A stretch of 64,000 nt of DNA. Source: an uncultured Collinsella sp. GTDB taxonomy: Bacteria > Actinomycetota > Coriobacteriia > Coriobacteriales > Coriobacteriaceae. The stretch covers positions 6,831 to 70,830 of the forward strand of contig UQNC01000001.1 of assembly GCA_900542175.1 (NCBI GenBank), in the 5' to 3' direction. Below, piece after piece: positions 9,584 to 18,954 of the stretch. Every line of letters begins with the position of its first letter. Position 1 is the stretch's first letter. The notes below the pieces were generated by a model. That model was not told the DNA's origin. It saw only the letters and a program-made list of their open reading frames with translations, and did no database searches. Made by a program: the position numbers and the translations under genes.

Positions 9584-9964
9584 CTACCGGCAGTCGGGGC
9601 AGAGACCCTCGAAGATGGTGTAGTGCGACGTGACGTGCCAGCCGATTTGCTCGGACGCTTTGGCGTCGAGCTGGGCATCGAAGGGGAGCGGTACGTCGAT
9701 GACGCGGCTGCATGAGGTGCAGATGATATGCGCATGCGGCTCGATCGTGCGATCGAAGCGGCTGCCGCCCGGCGTCTTGATGGAGAGAATCTCGCCGGCA
9801 TCTGCCAAGAGATTGAGGTTGCGGTAGACCGTGCCGCGGCTGATCTTGTCATCCTGTTCGCGCACGGCGTTGTAGATTTCGTCGGCGGTGGGATGGTTAT
9901 AGCTTTGGCGCACGGCGTCAAGAACCAGCTTTCGCTGCTTGGTATTCCTTCTTTGCACCGCCAT
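9584..9964 (-). CDS. Fur family transcriptional regulator (PerR/Zur/Fur-like)
   Basis: RNTKQRKLVLDAV...HPTADEIY HTH, two CxxC pairs (CTSC, CPDC) and an HAH motif. Confidence 0.85.
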   Translation of the reverse strand: MAVQRRNTKQRKLVLDAVRQSYNHPTADEIYNAVREQDDKISRGTVYRNLNLLADAGEILSIKTPGGSRFDRTIEPHAHIICTSCSRVIDVPLPFDAQLDAKASEQIGWHVTSHYTIFEGLCPDCR

Positions 9965-10025
9965 GCGCCTCGCCTCTTTTCTATCAACGGTCGTAGGTAA
10001 ATGATACCGTATTTAGCACACAATA

Positions 10026-10436
10026 CTAATAACGAGGCGTGAAACCGTCTTCATTGGTAAGTGGGGCTCGGGCCTGGGCGTCTACGAGGCGAAAACGCGT
10101 TCCCATGCGCTCGTAGGAGGCATGAAGCGCCTCGAGATGAGATAGGATATTTGCCGGAGCTCCCTGTATCTCCATCTCGACTGAGCCGTCTTCCATGTTA
10201 CGCACCCAGCCGGTGAGCGCGCGTGCCTGCGCGAGGTTGGTGTTGGTAAAGCGAAAGCCAACGCCCTGGACTTGCCCCGCCCAGCGCAGGAAATAGCGCA
10301 GGGGAGTGTCTTGAGTGGCCCCGTCGCTTGCGAGCACAGTAAGCCTGCGGCGCAGCTCGAGCTCGACGTTTGATGGTTTTTGAGGCTCTCGGCTGCCGCC
10401 GGTGACGCTGGAGAAGAACGTATCGAAGAGGCCCAT
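10026..10436 (-). CDS. acylphosphatase-domain protein
   Basis: VQGVGFRF and GWVRNMEDGSVE acylphosphatase signatures. ATG at 10436 is coupled to the upstream stop. Confidence 0.6.
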   Translation of the reverse strand: MGLFDTFFSSVTGGSREPQKPSNVELELRRRLTVLASDGATQDTPLRYFLRWAGQVQGVGFRFTNTNLAQARALTGWVRNMEDGSVEMEIQGAPANILSHLEALHASYERMGTRFRLVDAQARAPLTNEDGFTPRY

Positions 10437-10438
10437 AG

Positions 10439-11545
10439 CTATGCCTGCTTGCCTGCGTCGGCCGGGAAGGTTATGCCGGCCTGCTGGCGCACGGCATCCA
10501 TGATGCGCAGTGAGACGAGTGTGACATCGCGGTAGTGGCCAAGCTCGTGGCGTCCTGCCGGGGTCTCCCAAATCTCTTCCTTAACGTTATCGATGCCGCC
10601 GATGGCGGTGATAAAGTCTGTGAGTTCGTATTCCATAGTGTTGCTCGATTTGGGCAGGTCGAGCACGCGGCCGTTGTCGTCCTGTTCGCGCGGTGCCTCG
10701 GTCGCCGAGCCGCGTACGACATCGCCGCGATAGTCGATGCGGACGTTGCGGGGCGTGGACAGATGGTCGATCTGGATAGTGCCACGCTCGCCTTCGATCT
10801 GCGAGGGCAGCAGGTCATTCGTAATTTTGGAGTGCGCGAGCTCGACGGAGATGCGGCCTCCGCCATAGCTGGCGAGTATGGAACCGCAGCCGTCGATGGG
10901 GCCGTGCGTGAGCTGTCGCGTGGTGGGGTCGAGCAGAGTAGTCATGCTCGTAAGGCCGGAGGGCATGCCGAAAATCTCGACCATGGGCTCGACGGCGTAG
11001 ACGCCAATGTCCATGAGGGAGCCCGATGCCATGTTGCAGTCGAAGATATTGGTGGCGCGTCCCGCGAGAATCTCGTTGTAGCGCGAGGAATACTTGCCAA
11101 AGCGCAATGAGGCGCGGCGGATGGGGGCGATCTCGCCCAGGGCGTCCTCGATGGCGTGGAAGGCGGGATCGTGGAGGGGGCGCATGGCCTCGAGGGCTAC
11201 GACGCCCGCCGCCTCGGCTGCGCGAAAGACCTCGAACGCCTGTGCCTCGGTGGCGCAGAAGGGCTTCTCGACGATGACGTGCTTGCCACCGGCGATGCCG
11301 GCAAGGGCCTGCTCGTAGTGAAGCGCGTTAGGGCTGCCGATGTAGACGGCGTCGACGTCGTCGGCGGACGCAAGCTCGTCAAGTGCGGTGAAGTTACGCT
11401 CGCCACCGTGCTTAGCGGTGAAGGCGGCGCCGCGATCTGCATCGCGCGAGAGCGTGCCCACGAACGCGGCTTGGTCGTTGGCGTTGACGACCTGGATAAA
11501 GTCGTCGGTAATCATGGATGTGCCGATGGTCGCTATACGCAGCAT
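10439..11545 (-). CDS. Gfo/Idh/MocA family NAD(P)-dependent oxidoreductase
   Basis: N-terminal Rossmann fold IATIGTSMI and EKP motif. Confidence 0.8.
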   Translation of the reverse strand: MLRIATIGTSMITDDFIQVVNANDQAAFVGTLSRDADRGAAFTAKHGGERNFTALDELASADDVDAVYIGSPNALHYEQALAGIAGGKHVIVEKPFCATEAQAFEVFRAAEAAGVVALEAMRPLHDPAFHAIEDALGEIAPIRRASLRFGKYSSRYNEILAGRATNIFDCNMASGSLMDIGVYAVEPMVEIFGMPSGLTSMTTLLDPTTRQLTHGPIDGCGSILASYGGGRISVELAHSKITNDLLPSQIEGERGTIQIDHLSTPRNVRIDYRGDVVRGSATEAPREQDDNGRVLDLPKSSNTMEYELTDFITAIGGIDNVKEEIWETPAGRHELGHYRDVTLVSLRIMDAVRQQAGITFPADAGKQA

Positions 11546-11620
11546 GTATCCCCCTCGTGCCGTTCGGTTTACAGGATGAGTGTAGCGCGAGGGGGCAGGA
11601 AATAGCGTGCGAAAACGCCG

Positions 11621-12106
11621 TTACAGGTCGCTCTCGTTAAAGCCGGTGTCGATATCGAGGTTGCTGCCGTCGGCCGCCGTGGTGGCGAGCTCGTCGCAGC
11701 GCTCGTTGAGCTCATGGCCGGCGTGGCCCTTAACCCAGATGAACTCCACTTTGTGCTTGCTCTTTGCGGTGAGCAGGCGCTCCCACAGGTCGCGGTTCTT
11801 GACAGGCTGCTTGTTGGCAGTCTTCCAGCCGCGTTTTTTCCATCCGTCAATCCAGTGCTTGTTGAAGGCGTTGACGACGTACTGCGAATCGGAATGGACT
11901 TCGACGTCGCAGGGGCGGTTGAGCGCCTCGAGCGCTACGATGACCGCCATGAGCTCCATGCGGTTGTTGGTGGTCTTGGCGTAACCGCGCGAAAGCTCGG
12001 AGGTGAAGGTCTTGCCGGCGGGGTTGGTGTATTTGAGCACGGCGCCATAACCGCCGCGTCCCGGATTTGATCGGGCCGAGCCGTCGGTATAGATGATGAC
12101 CTTCAC
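11621..12106 (-). CDS. rnhA: ribonuclease HI
   Basis: [22 protein letters not shown]...NNRMEL...HSDSQYV...[18 protein letters not shown] covers the canonical RNase H motifs. GTG start at 12106 with an AAAGGAAC RBS. Confidence 0.9.
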   Translation of the reverse strand: MKVIIYTDGSARSNPGRGGYGAVLKYTNPAGKTFTSELSRGYAKTTNNRMELMAVIVALEALNRPCDVEVHSDSQYVVNAFNKHWIDGWKKRGWKTANKQPVKNRDLWERLLTAKSKHKVEFIWVKGHAGHELNERCDELATTAADGSNLDIDTGFNESDL

Positions 12107-12169
12107 ATGGTTCCTTTCGTTGGGTATGTTTCGTGCGAGTGACCATTGTAGCGCCATGCCCGCCGGGGG

Positions 12170-13108
12170 CTAGCAATTTACGATTTCTACCCCGTCTTCC
12201 GACAGTTGGTTGGCATGGATGATGCGGTTGAGCTCGTCGAGGTATTGCTGCAAGAGGGGAGAGGGCTTGCGGTCGTCATGCATGATGTAGCCCACATGCA
12301 TCGTCGGGGCGTCTGCCAAGGGGATCGAGGCCATGCCCCACTGCATTTCGCTGGAGAGTACGCCGGTCGACAGCGCATAGCCGTTCGAGGTGATAAGCAG
12401 GTTGGTGAGCGTCCCGCGGTCGGATACGCGGATATTGCGGTTGCAGGGAATATAGCTAAACGGCTCCTCGGCGTAATAGAAGGAGTTCGAGGTGCCTTGC
12501 TCAAAGCTGTAGCGCGTATAGGGCGTAAGGTCGGCAAGGGACAGCTGCGAGCGACGGGCGAGCGGGTGGCGTTCGCTCACGAACACGTGGACCTTCGCGT
12601 CAAAGAGGGGATGGAAGCTTGCACGGGCATCGGCGAAGGCCTTCTGCAGAACGCGGGCGTTAAAGTCATCCAGATACAGAATGCCGATATCGCTGCGAAA
12701 CGCACGGACGTCATCGATGATCTGCGATGTGGTGGTCTCGCGCATGATGAACTCGAACTTGCTGTCGCGGCAGCGCTCGACCACGTTGACAAAGGCCTCG
12801 ACCGAAAAGGCGTAGTGCTGGGCGGAAATGGCGAGGCGGGCTTGCGGGGTGCCGCCGTCCTCGTAGCGTGCCTCGAGCATGTCGGCCTGCTCTACGACCT
12901 GGCGTGCATAACCCAAAAGCTCGGTGCCGTCGTTGGTGAGTGCAACACCGCGGCTAGAGCGCGTAAAGATTTCGATATGAAGTTCCTGCTCCAGGCTTTT
13001 AACGGCATTGGAGATATTGGACTGTGCCGTATAGAGGCGCTGAGCTGCGGCGTTGATTGAGCCGGACTCTGCCACGGCGATCAGAAAACGAAGCTGCTGG
13101 AGGGTCAT
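12170..13108 (-). CDS. LysR family transcriptional regulator (divergent from metY)
   Basis: N-terminal HTH MTLQQLRFLIAVAESGSINAAAQRLYTAQSNIS and a LysR substrate-binding domain. Confidence 0.9.
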   Translation of the reverse strand: MTLQQLRFLIAVAESGSINAAAQRLYTAQSNISNAVKSLEQELHIEIFTRSSRGVALTNDGTELLGYARQVVEQADMLEARYEDGGTPQARLAISAQHYAFSVEAFVNVVERCRDSKFEFIMRETTTSQIIDDVRAFRSDIGILYLDDFNARVLQKAFADARASFHPLFDAKVHVFVSERHPLARRSQLSLADLTPYTRYSFEQGTSNSFYYAEEPFSYIPCNRNIRVSDRGTLTNLLITSNGYALSTGVLSSEMQWGMASIPLADAPTMHVGYIMHDDRKPSPLLQQYLDELNRIIHANQLSEDGVEIVNC

Positions 13109-13126
13109 CGGCGCTCGTCCTTTCGA

Positions 13127-13151
13127 TTGTTATCTATAAAACAGATAACAG
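13127..13151. promoter_or_regulatory. LysR-type T-N11-A-like palindrome in the lysR/metY divergent region
   Basis: TTATCTATAAAACAGATAA is an interrupted dyad (TTATCT-N-AGATAA) next to the LysR start. Confidence 0.3.
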
Positions 13152-13381
13152 GTTAGCGCTTTTAAGTGATTGACCGAGGGAAACAATGTTCGTACTATTC
13201 AAAACACACAAAGGCGGTAGGTAATTAAGCCAACCATGGAACCGGGATGCGAAAGGAGGCCCGCATATGAATTGCTTACCAAGACGAATGCCGGGCTCCT
13301 GTTTGCGCCCGTTGGCGTGATCAGGAGACAGCGACTTACTTCTCTCTATTAATTTGCTTTCGTTCAATCAAGGAGATCATC

Positions 13382-14692
13382 ATGAGCCAGTTCATCAACA
13401 ACCCCGAGCACACCTTTGGTTTCGATACCCTGCAGCTGCACGTTGGCCAGGAGAGCGCCGATCCTGCATCCGACTCCCGTGCCGTGCCTATCTACCAGAC
13501 CACGAGCTATGTGTTCCGCAACTCCCAGCACGCCGCCGACCGCTTTGGTCTTGCCGATGCCGGTAACATCTACGGCCGTCTGACCAACTCCACCCAGGGC
13601 GTCTTCGAGGACCGTATCGCCGCCCTCGAGGGTGGCGTGGCAGGTCTTGCCGTCGCCTCCGGTGCTGCTGCCATCACCTATACCCTGCAGGCTCTTGCCC
13701 AGGCCGGTGACCACGTAGTGGCTCAGAAGACCATCTACGGTGGCTCCTACAACCTGCTGGAGCATACGCTCTCCCAGTTTGGCGTCGAGACCACGTTTGT
13801 CGATGCCCATAACGTGGAAGAGGTCGAGGGTGCCATCAAGGACAACACCACGGTCATCTATCTCGAGACGCTCGGCAACCCCAACTCCGACATCCCCAAC
13901 ATCGACGCCATCTCCGAGATCGCCAAGAAGCACGGTCTGCCGGTTGTCGTCGACAACACCTTCGGCACCCCGTATCTGTTCCGTCCGCTGGAGCATGGTG
14001 CCAACATCGTCGTCCACTCCGCAACCAAGTTCATCGGCGGCCACGGTACCTCGCTGGGCGGTGTGATCGTCGACGGCGGTAACTTTGATTGGAAGGCGAG
14101 CGGAAAGTACGCCCAGATCGCTGAGCCCAACCCCTCCTACCACGGTGTTTCGTTTGCCGAGGCTGCCGGTCCCGCCGCCTTCGCGACCTATGTCCGCGCT
14201 ATCTTGCTGCGTGACGAGGGCGCCTGCATCAGCCCGTTCAACGCCTGGGTCCTGCTCCAGGGCACCGAGACTCTGTCGCTGCGCGTTGACCGTCATGTCG
14301 AGAACACCAAGAAGGTCGTTGAGTTCCTTGCCGGCGACAGCCACGTTGCCAAGGTGAACCACCCGAGCTTGCCCGAGCACCCCGACCATGAGCTCTACAA
14401 GCAGTATTTCCCCAACGGCGGCGCCTCGATCTTCACCTTCGAGATCAAGGGTGGCCAGGAAGCTGCTTGGAAGTTCATCGACCACCTGCAGGTCTTCTCG
14501 CTGCTTGCCAACGTGGCCGACGTCAAGTCGCTCGTCGTGCACCCGGCTACCACCACGCACTCCCAGCTCTCTGCAGATGAGCTCGCCGAGCAGAACATCA
14601 CGCCCTCCACGATCCGTCTTTCCATCGGTACCGAGAACGCCGAGGACATCATTTGGGACCTGAAGCAGGCCTTTGCCGCGCTGGACGAGTAG
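13382..14692 (+). CDS. metY: O-acetylhomoserine aminocarboxypropyltransferase (sulfhydrylase)
   Basis: PLP-dependent Cys/Met metabolism family; AAGGAG RBS. Confidence 0.9.
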   Translation: MSQFINNPEHTFGFDTLQLHVGQESADPASDSRAVPIYQTTSYVFRNSQHAADRFGLADAGNIYGRLTNSTQGVFEDRIAALEGGVAGLAVASGAAAITYTLQALAQAGDHVVAQKTIYGGSYNLLEHTLSQFGVETTFVDAHNVEEVEGAIKDNTTVIYLETLGNPNSDIPNIDAISEIAKKHGLPVVVDNTFGTPYLFRPLEHGANIVVHSATKFIGGHGTSLGGVIVDGGNFDWKASGKYAQIAEPNPSYHGVSFAEAAGPAAFATYVRAILLRDEGACISPFNAWVLLQGTETLSLRVDRHVENTKKVVEFLAGDSHVAKVNHPSLPEHPDHELYKQYFPNGGASIFTFEIKGGQEAAWKFIDHLQVFSLLANVADVKSLVVHPATTTHSQLSADELAEQNITPSTIRLSIGTENAEDIIWDLKQAFAALDE

Positions 14693-14752
14693 GGCGACTT
14701 GTGCAAGGACCCCTTGCGACTCGATAGGTATAACTGTATAAAATGCCTGCTC

Positions 14753-14792
14753 AAGGCGTCTGCGCAAGCAATGGTTGCGCAGACGCCTTTTT
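14753..14792 (+). terminator. rho-independent terminator after metY
   Basis: GGCGTCTGCGCAAgcaatggTTGCGCAGACGCC followed by TTTTTG. Confidence 0.75.
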
Positions 14793-15004
14793 GCATAGGA
14801 AGGGCGCTATTACAGGGTTTTTGGCATGCTTTATGCAATCGAGATGTGGAAAACTCCTGTTGAGAGGATGTGAGTTTTACGCAATTGACGTGCACCTTTT
14901 GAGAAAAACCGCAGGTCGCGATTTGCTCGGGGTACTATGCAGCGCGATCGAATCATACGCAGCTCAAACGCAGCAAAAAACGCACTACGGAGGTTTCCAG
15001 CTAC

Positions 15005-15781
15005 ATGAGGATCGATTCACGAAAACCGAAAGCCGCCGCCCTTTCCGCCGCTCTGACCGTGGCACTTTTGGCGGGCGCCGGCGCAACCGATGCCCACGCG
15101 GCAACACTGTCCGACACGGTCGGATCCACGCCGTCCGAGGCGACGCTGATGCAGCCCGTCGACTACCGCGGCGACGGTTATGGCTCTATGCAGGAGTGGA
15201 ACGCCTCGATGGGGGCAAAGCGCGATTCCCTGGAGATGCGCGCTCAGATCATTATGAATATGTATGGCGACTATGCTACCGATGATGAGCGCGCTGTGTT
15301 GCAGGGCTGCATCGACGGTGCGGGTAGCCTGTTGACGATGGGGGAGGTCGACGCCAAGTCGACCGAGCTCGACGAGCTTCGCTCCATGCTCGAGGATGCC
15401 AAGCGCGAGGCGCTCGAGGCTGCCGCAGCCGAAGCCGAGGCCGCTGAGGCCGTTCAGGCTTCGTATTACAACGCCGGCTCCGGCTCGTCTTACACGTCCG
15501 CTGCGTATTACGCGAACGGCTCGGGCCTGACGCGCTCGAGCGGCGTCAATAACTATAACGGCCGCCGCGAGACTTATTACAGCAGCAACGTGTTGTATCA
15601 CCACCGCACGGGCGAATGGACGCAGGATTCCGAGGGCTTTTGGCGCGATTCCGATGGCTACTACGTCGTGGCCGCGGGCGATAAAGCTCAGGGCTCCACG
15701 TTTACCGGTTCCAAGGGCGAGTGCAAGGTCTATGACTCCGGCTGCGCAGCCGGAACCACCGACTACTATACCGGTTGGTAA
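15005..15781 (+). CDS. secreted hypothetical protein (signal peptide, Tyr/Gly-rich C-terminus)
   Basis: Signal peptide KPKAAALSAALTVALLAGAGATDAHA and a GGAGG RBS. No recognisable domain. Confidence 0.6.
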   Translation: MRIDSRKPKAAALSAALTVALLAGAGATDAHAATLSDTVGSTPSEATLMQPVDYRGDGYGSMQEWNASMGAKRDSLEMRAQIIMNMYGDYATDDERAVLQGCIDGAGSLLTMGEVDAKSTELDELRSMLEDAKREALEAAAAEAEAAEAVQASYYNAGSGSSYTSAAYYANGSGLTRSSGVNNYNGRRETYYSSNVLYHHRTGEWTQDSEGFWRDSDGYYVVAAGDKAQGSTFTGSKGECKVYDSGCAAGTTDYYTGW

Positions 15782-15967
15782 TCTGTCATAAGCCAATAGG
15801 ACATGACAGACGGGCGCCTTTGCCGAGCTTTCGGGCAACGTAAGGGCGTCCGTTTTTGTGCGTGCTTGAGTTAACGGAGTGCTTACCGTGGCAGTACGCC
15901 GCGCATATGGGCGCGGGGCACACTAAGTCACGAGAAACAAAGTCTTTCTCGTGGAGGAAGTGGTCTT

Positions 15968-16174
15968 GTGAACGCTCGAGATATCGCCGTTGCCGCCGTT
16001 GCATTGACGCTTGGTTGCCTTGGTCCTACGGCCGCGCTCGTCGCGGGCATGCAGGGGTCTTGTGGGGCTGCCTCTATCGTGGTCGGCGCGTTGATCGCGG
16101 CCACACTGCTGGGAAGCGCCGGTGTTGTCCTTTGTCGCGATGATGAGGACGAGGTTCCGGAGTCGCATCTCTAA
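15968..16174 (+). CDS. small hydrophobic protein (two predicted TM helices)
   Basis: GTG start with a GGAGGA RBS 9 nt upstream; 68 aa, hydrophobic with an acidic tail. Confidence 0.3.
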   Translation: MNARDIAVAAVALTLGCLGPTAALVAGMQGSCGAASIVVGALIAATLLGSAGVVLCRDDEDEVPESHL

Positions 16175-16282
16175 CTGTTGCGAAAATGACTGTTGGCCAT
16201 GGCTGAACATGAAAACCGCACAAGGGGAGTGCCCTTTGCGGCGGTTTTTGCTATTGAGACTGTTGGATGCGGTGCGGCGGCG

Positions 16283-17197
16283 TTACCAGCTTGCCTCGAT
16301 ATCACGGATGCGCTGATAGAGCCATTCGTTCTGCGGCGCTTGGATATCGTGCTTGGCCGCCAGACGGCAGATGGTGCCCGCGAACTCCTCGACCTCTGTT
16401 TTGCGCTGCGCGACGCGGTCCTGCGCCATCGAGGGCATGCCGGCGGGGTCGAGCCCCTCGATGAGGTGCACCATCTGCGTCAGGTCTGCCTCGGTCAGCT
16501 CAATGCCCTCGGCGTTGGCGACCGCAAGCGTTTCGCGCATGGCAGAAACAAAGCAGCGACGCTGCTCGGAGCCCGGCTCCGTGGCGCTTCCGTAGGTCCC
16601 GCCGTAGGCCATGCACGTCTGGTTGATGCCGTCGTTGAGCATGAGTTTGGCCCACATGCGGTGCGCAACGTCGCTCTCGACGGTATGGGCGATGCCGCAG
16701 CGCGTGTAGAGCTCGTCGATGGCGGTGACGGTTGCGAGCTCGGTGCCGGCCGCCGCGCCAAAGCGGATTTCGCCCGCATTGGTAAAGGTGAGCGCGCCGT
16801 CGAGGAACACGGCGTCCATGCCCTGGCAAATACCAAGAACGGTATGCTCCCAGCCAAAGCGCTCGGCAATCTTCTGCTCGCTCGTAATGCCGTTACACAG
16901 CGAGGCGATGAGCGTATTGGGTCCCACGACGCGCTCCATAGTTTTGAGTGCTTGGTTGAGTCCAGTCGTCTTGACCGTGAGAATGACCAGATCGACGGGC
17001 GTTGCCTCGCTGGCGCGGACGGACTTGAGCGCACAGGGCTTGCCATTGACGGTGAGCGCATCGCCCGCGTGACGCTCAAAACGGGCGTCATCCATGACGT
17101 ATTCGACGGCGTCGTTGCCGAGTGCCTGGGCGATCATACTGCCGTAGAGTAGCCCGACGCCGCCCTTGCCGATAAAGGTGACCTTGTTGATCTGCAT
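16283..17197 (-). CDS. panE: 2-dehydropantoate 2-reductase (ketopantoate reductase)
   Basis: FIGKGGVGLLYG Rossmann fold and ApbA/PanE family core. Confidence 0.85.
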   Translation of the reverse strand: MQINKVTFIGKGGVGLLYGSMIAQALGNDAVEYVMDDARFERHAGDALTVNGKPCALKSVRASEATPVDLVILTVKTTGLNQALKTMERVVGPNTLIASLCNGITSEQKIAERFGWEHTVLGICQGMDAVFLDGALTFTNAGEIRFGAAAGTELATVTAIDELYTRCGIAHTVESDVAHRMWAKLMLNDGINQTCMAYGGTYGSATEPGSEQRRCFVSAMRETLAVANAEGIELTEADLTQMVHLIEGLDPAGMPSMAQDRVAQRKTEVEEFAGTICRLAAKHDIQAPQNEWLYQRIRDIEASW

Positions 17198-17314
17198 GTG
17201 AATTATCTCCCCATATAAAAGGCGGCCGCGTAAGGGGCACCTGATGGATTGTATGCCGCCAGCGCACCTTGTGCATGCAGGGTGGCGATTTTTAAATGAA
17301 TGGACGCGTGGAGC

Positions 17315-17509
17315 TTACGCTGCGGGGCAGACCGCGAAAACGCGTGCGGGATATCCAACGCCATCGCGCACCTTGGGGAAGGTGCAGAAGATGACGGCGC
17401 CTGTGGCGGGAAGCTCGTCCAGATGGTCCATGACCTCGATCTGATAGCGGTCGACCGAGAGGATGTACTGCTCGCCGGGGTAGGGGTAGGCGTCCTCACG
17501 TGTGGTCAC
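17315..17509 (-). CDS. small ORF (64 aa) upstream of panE
   Basis: GTG start preceded by an AAAGGAGG RBS at 6-nt spacing. No homology recognised. Confidence 0.3.
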   Translation of the reverse strand: MTTREDAYPYPGEQYILSVDRYQIEVMDHLDELPATGAVIFCTFPKVRDGVGYPARVFAVCPAA

Positions 17510-17654
17510 GGTCGCCTCCTTTCATCGGGCTTTTTGCTGATGTTAAAGCGGTGTCGTGACGGCTCGATTTCTGCTACGTTACGATACATTCTCGATTGCG
17601 ATTCCACGATGTTTCGGCTGCGTGACCATTGTGTTTCGCCTTGCCGGGGCGCTG

Positions 17655-18860
17655 ATGGCGAAGGGAGGGGCCGTGCAATACCGTGTTGACCCCAAAAGTG
17701 GTAACCGAATATCCGCTCTGGGTCTGGGCTGCATGAGGTTTCCCGGTGCGCCGGGACACCCTGATGCGAAGACGGCCGATGCCATCATCTCCCGTGCGGT
17801 AGAGCAGGGGATTAATTATCTGGATACCGCGTATCTTTATCCCGGTAACGAGGTGTGCGTGGGCGCCTCACTTGAGCGCTTGGGGCTGCGTGACCGGGTG
17901 TTGCTGGCGACTAAGTTGCCGCACGCTTCGTGCAAGTGCGCAGAGGATTTCGATCGGTTCTTCGACGAGCAGCTGCGCCGTTTGCGGACTGACCATATCG
18001 ACTATTACCTTATGCACAACATCACCTCGCCCGCGCAGTGGGAGCGCGTGGTAGCGTTGGGTATCGAGGACTGGATTGCGCACCAAAAGGCTGCGGGGCG
18101 TATTCGCCAGATAGGTTTTTCGTACCACGGCAGTGCGGCGGACTTCCTCACGATGCTTGACGCGTATGACTGGGACTTTTGCCAGATCCAGTACAACTAC
18201 GCTGGAGAGCGATACCAAGCGGGAACGGCGGGACTCATGGCAGCCGCCGAGCGCGGGCTCGCGGTGTTTGTGATGGAACCGCTTTTGGGTGGACGCCTGG
18301 CGGGCAAACTGCCTCCGCGGGCCCGCGCCGTGCTCGATGACGTACGCGATCCGTACCTGAAGACGCCGGCTGCTTGGGGCCTTTCGTGGGTGTGGAACCA
18401 TCCTCAAGTCACGATGCTGCTTTCGGGCATGACCGATACCGCGCAGGTGGACGAGAACGCGGCATTGGCGGATTGCGCGCTGCCGGATTCGATGACGACA
18501 GAGCAGCTCGATACCATCGCGCGTGTGCTGGGAGAGTTTGAAAAATCGAATCGCGTGCCCTGCACGGGATGCGGCTACTGCATGCCGTGCCCCAAGGGCA
18601 TCAATATTCCCGGTTGCTTTGGCGCCTTCAACGCGAGCTACGCACATAGTTGGTTTACGGGGCTGTCTCAATACTTTACGGCGAGCGCGGTGCGGACGAA
18701 CGAGCCCAAGCTGGTGAGCAATTGTGTCAAGTGCGGTAAATGCGCACGTCACTGCCCGCAGCACATCGATATTCCCGAGCGTCTCGACGATGTGCGCCGA
18801 CGTTTCCAGCCTGGCCCCGTAACGGCCGCGCTTAAAGCCTTTTGCAAAACGCGCTCCTGA
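17655..18860 (+). CDS. aldo/keto reductase fused to a C-terminal 4Fe-4S ferredoxin domain
   Basis: AKR core (LGLGCMRF, YLDTAYLY) plus CTGCGYCMPCP and CVKCGKCARHCP cysteine clusters. Confidence 0.85.
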   Translation: MAKGGAVQYRVDPKSGNRISALGLGCMRFPGAPGHPDAKTADAIISRAVEQGINYLDTAYLYPGNEVCVGASLERLGLRDRVLLATKLPHASCKCAEDFDRFFDEQLRRLRTDHIDYYLMHNITSPAQWERVVALGIEDWIAHQKAAGRIRQIGFSYHGSAADFLTMLDAYDWDFCQIQYNYAGERYQAGTAGLMAAAERGLAVFVMEPLLGGRLAGKLPPRARAVLDDVRDPYLKTPAAWGLSWVWNHPQVTMLLSGMTDTAQVDENAALADCALPDSMTTEQLDTIARVLGEFEKSNRVPCTGCGYCMPCPKGINIPGCFGAFNASYAHSWFTGLSQYFTASAVRTNEPKLVSNCVKCGKCARHCPQHIDIPERLDDVRRRFQPGPVTAALKAFCKTRS

Positions 18861-18945
18861 TGCCCCTTTTATAACTTGCGGTGGAATAGTTCCTGTTTGC
18901 GGCAGAATAGGGGCCAAACAGGAGCTATTCCACCGCAACTGAAGG
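18857..18945 (+). repeat. palindromic repeat element, copy 1: about 85 bp with a 26-bp stem; sits between the AKR stop and the RBS of the next gene
   Basis: CTGATGCCCCTTTTATAAcTTGCGGTGGAATAGTTCCTGTTTG-loop-CAAACAGGAGCTATTCCACCGCAACTGA. The stem mismatch is a G-U pair only on the plus-strand RNA. Confidence 0.6.
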
Positions 18946-18954
18946 GGGCTGTCG

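Noticed and set aside
13109-13381. SAM riboswitch upstream of metY
   Set aside because: The leader is short and lacks the SAM-I/SAM-IV conserved elements. Regulation is more likely by the divergent LysR-type regulator.
13364-14767. 467-aa minus-strand ORF opposite metY
   Set aside because: Shadow ORF. metY on the plus strand has the PLP-enzyme motifs, an RBS and a terminator.
16193-17152. 319-aa plus-strand ORF opposite panE
   Set aside because: Antisense to the ketopantoate reductase gene; low-complexity composition and no start context.
18876-18954. Upstream extension of the Gfo/Idh/MocA ORF (start at 18876)
   Set aside because: Would translate straight through the 85-bp palindromic repeat element. 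The GTG at 18955 has a GAAGGGGG RBS at the right spacing.
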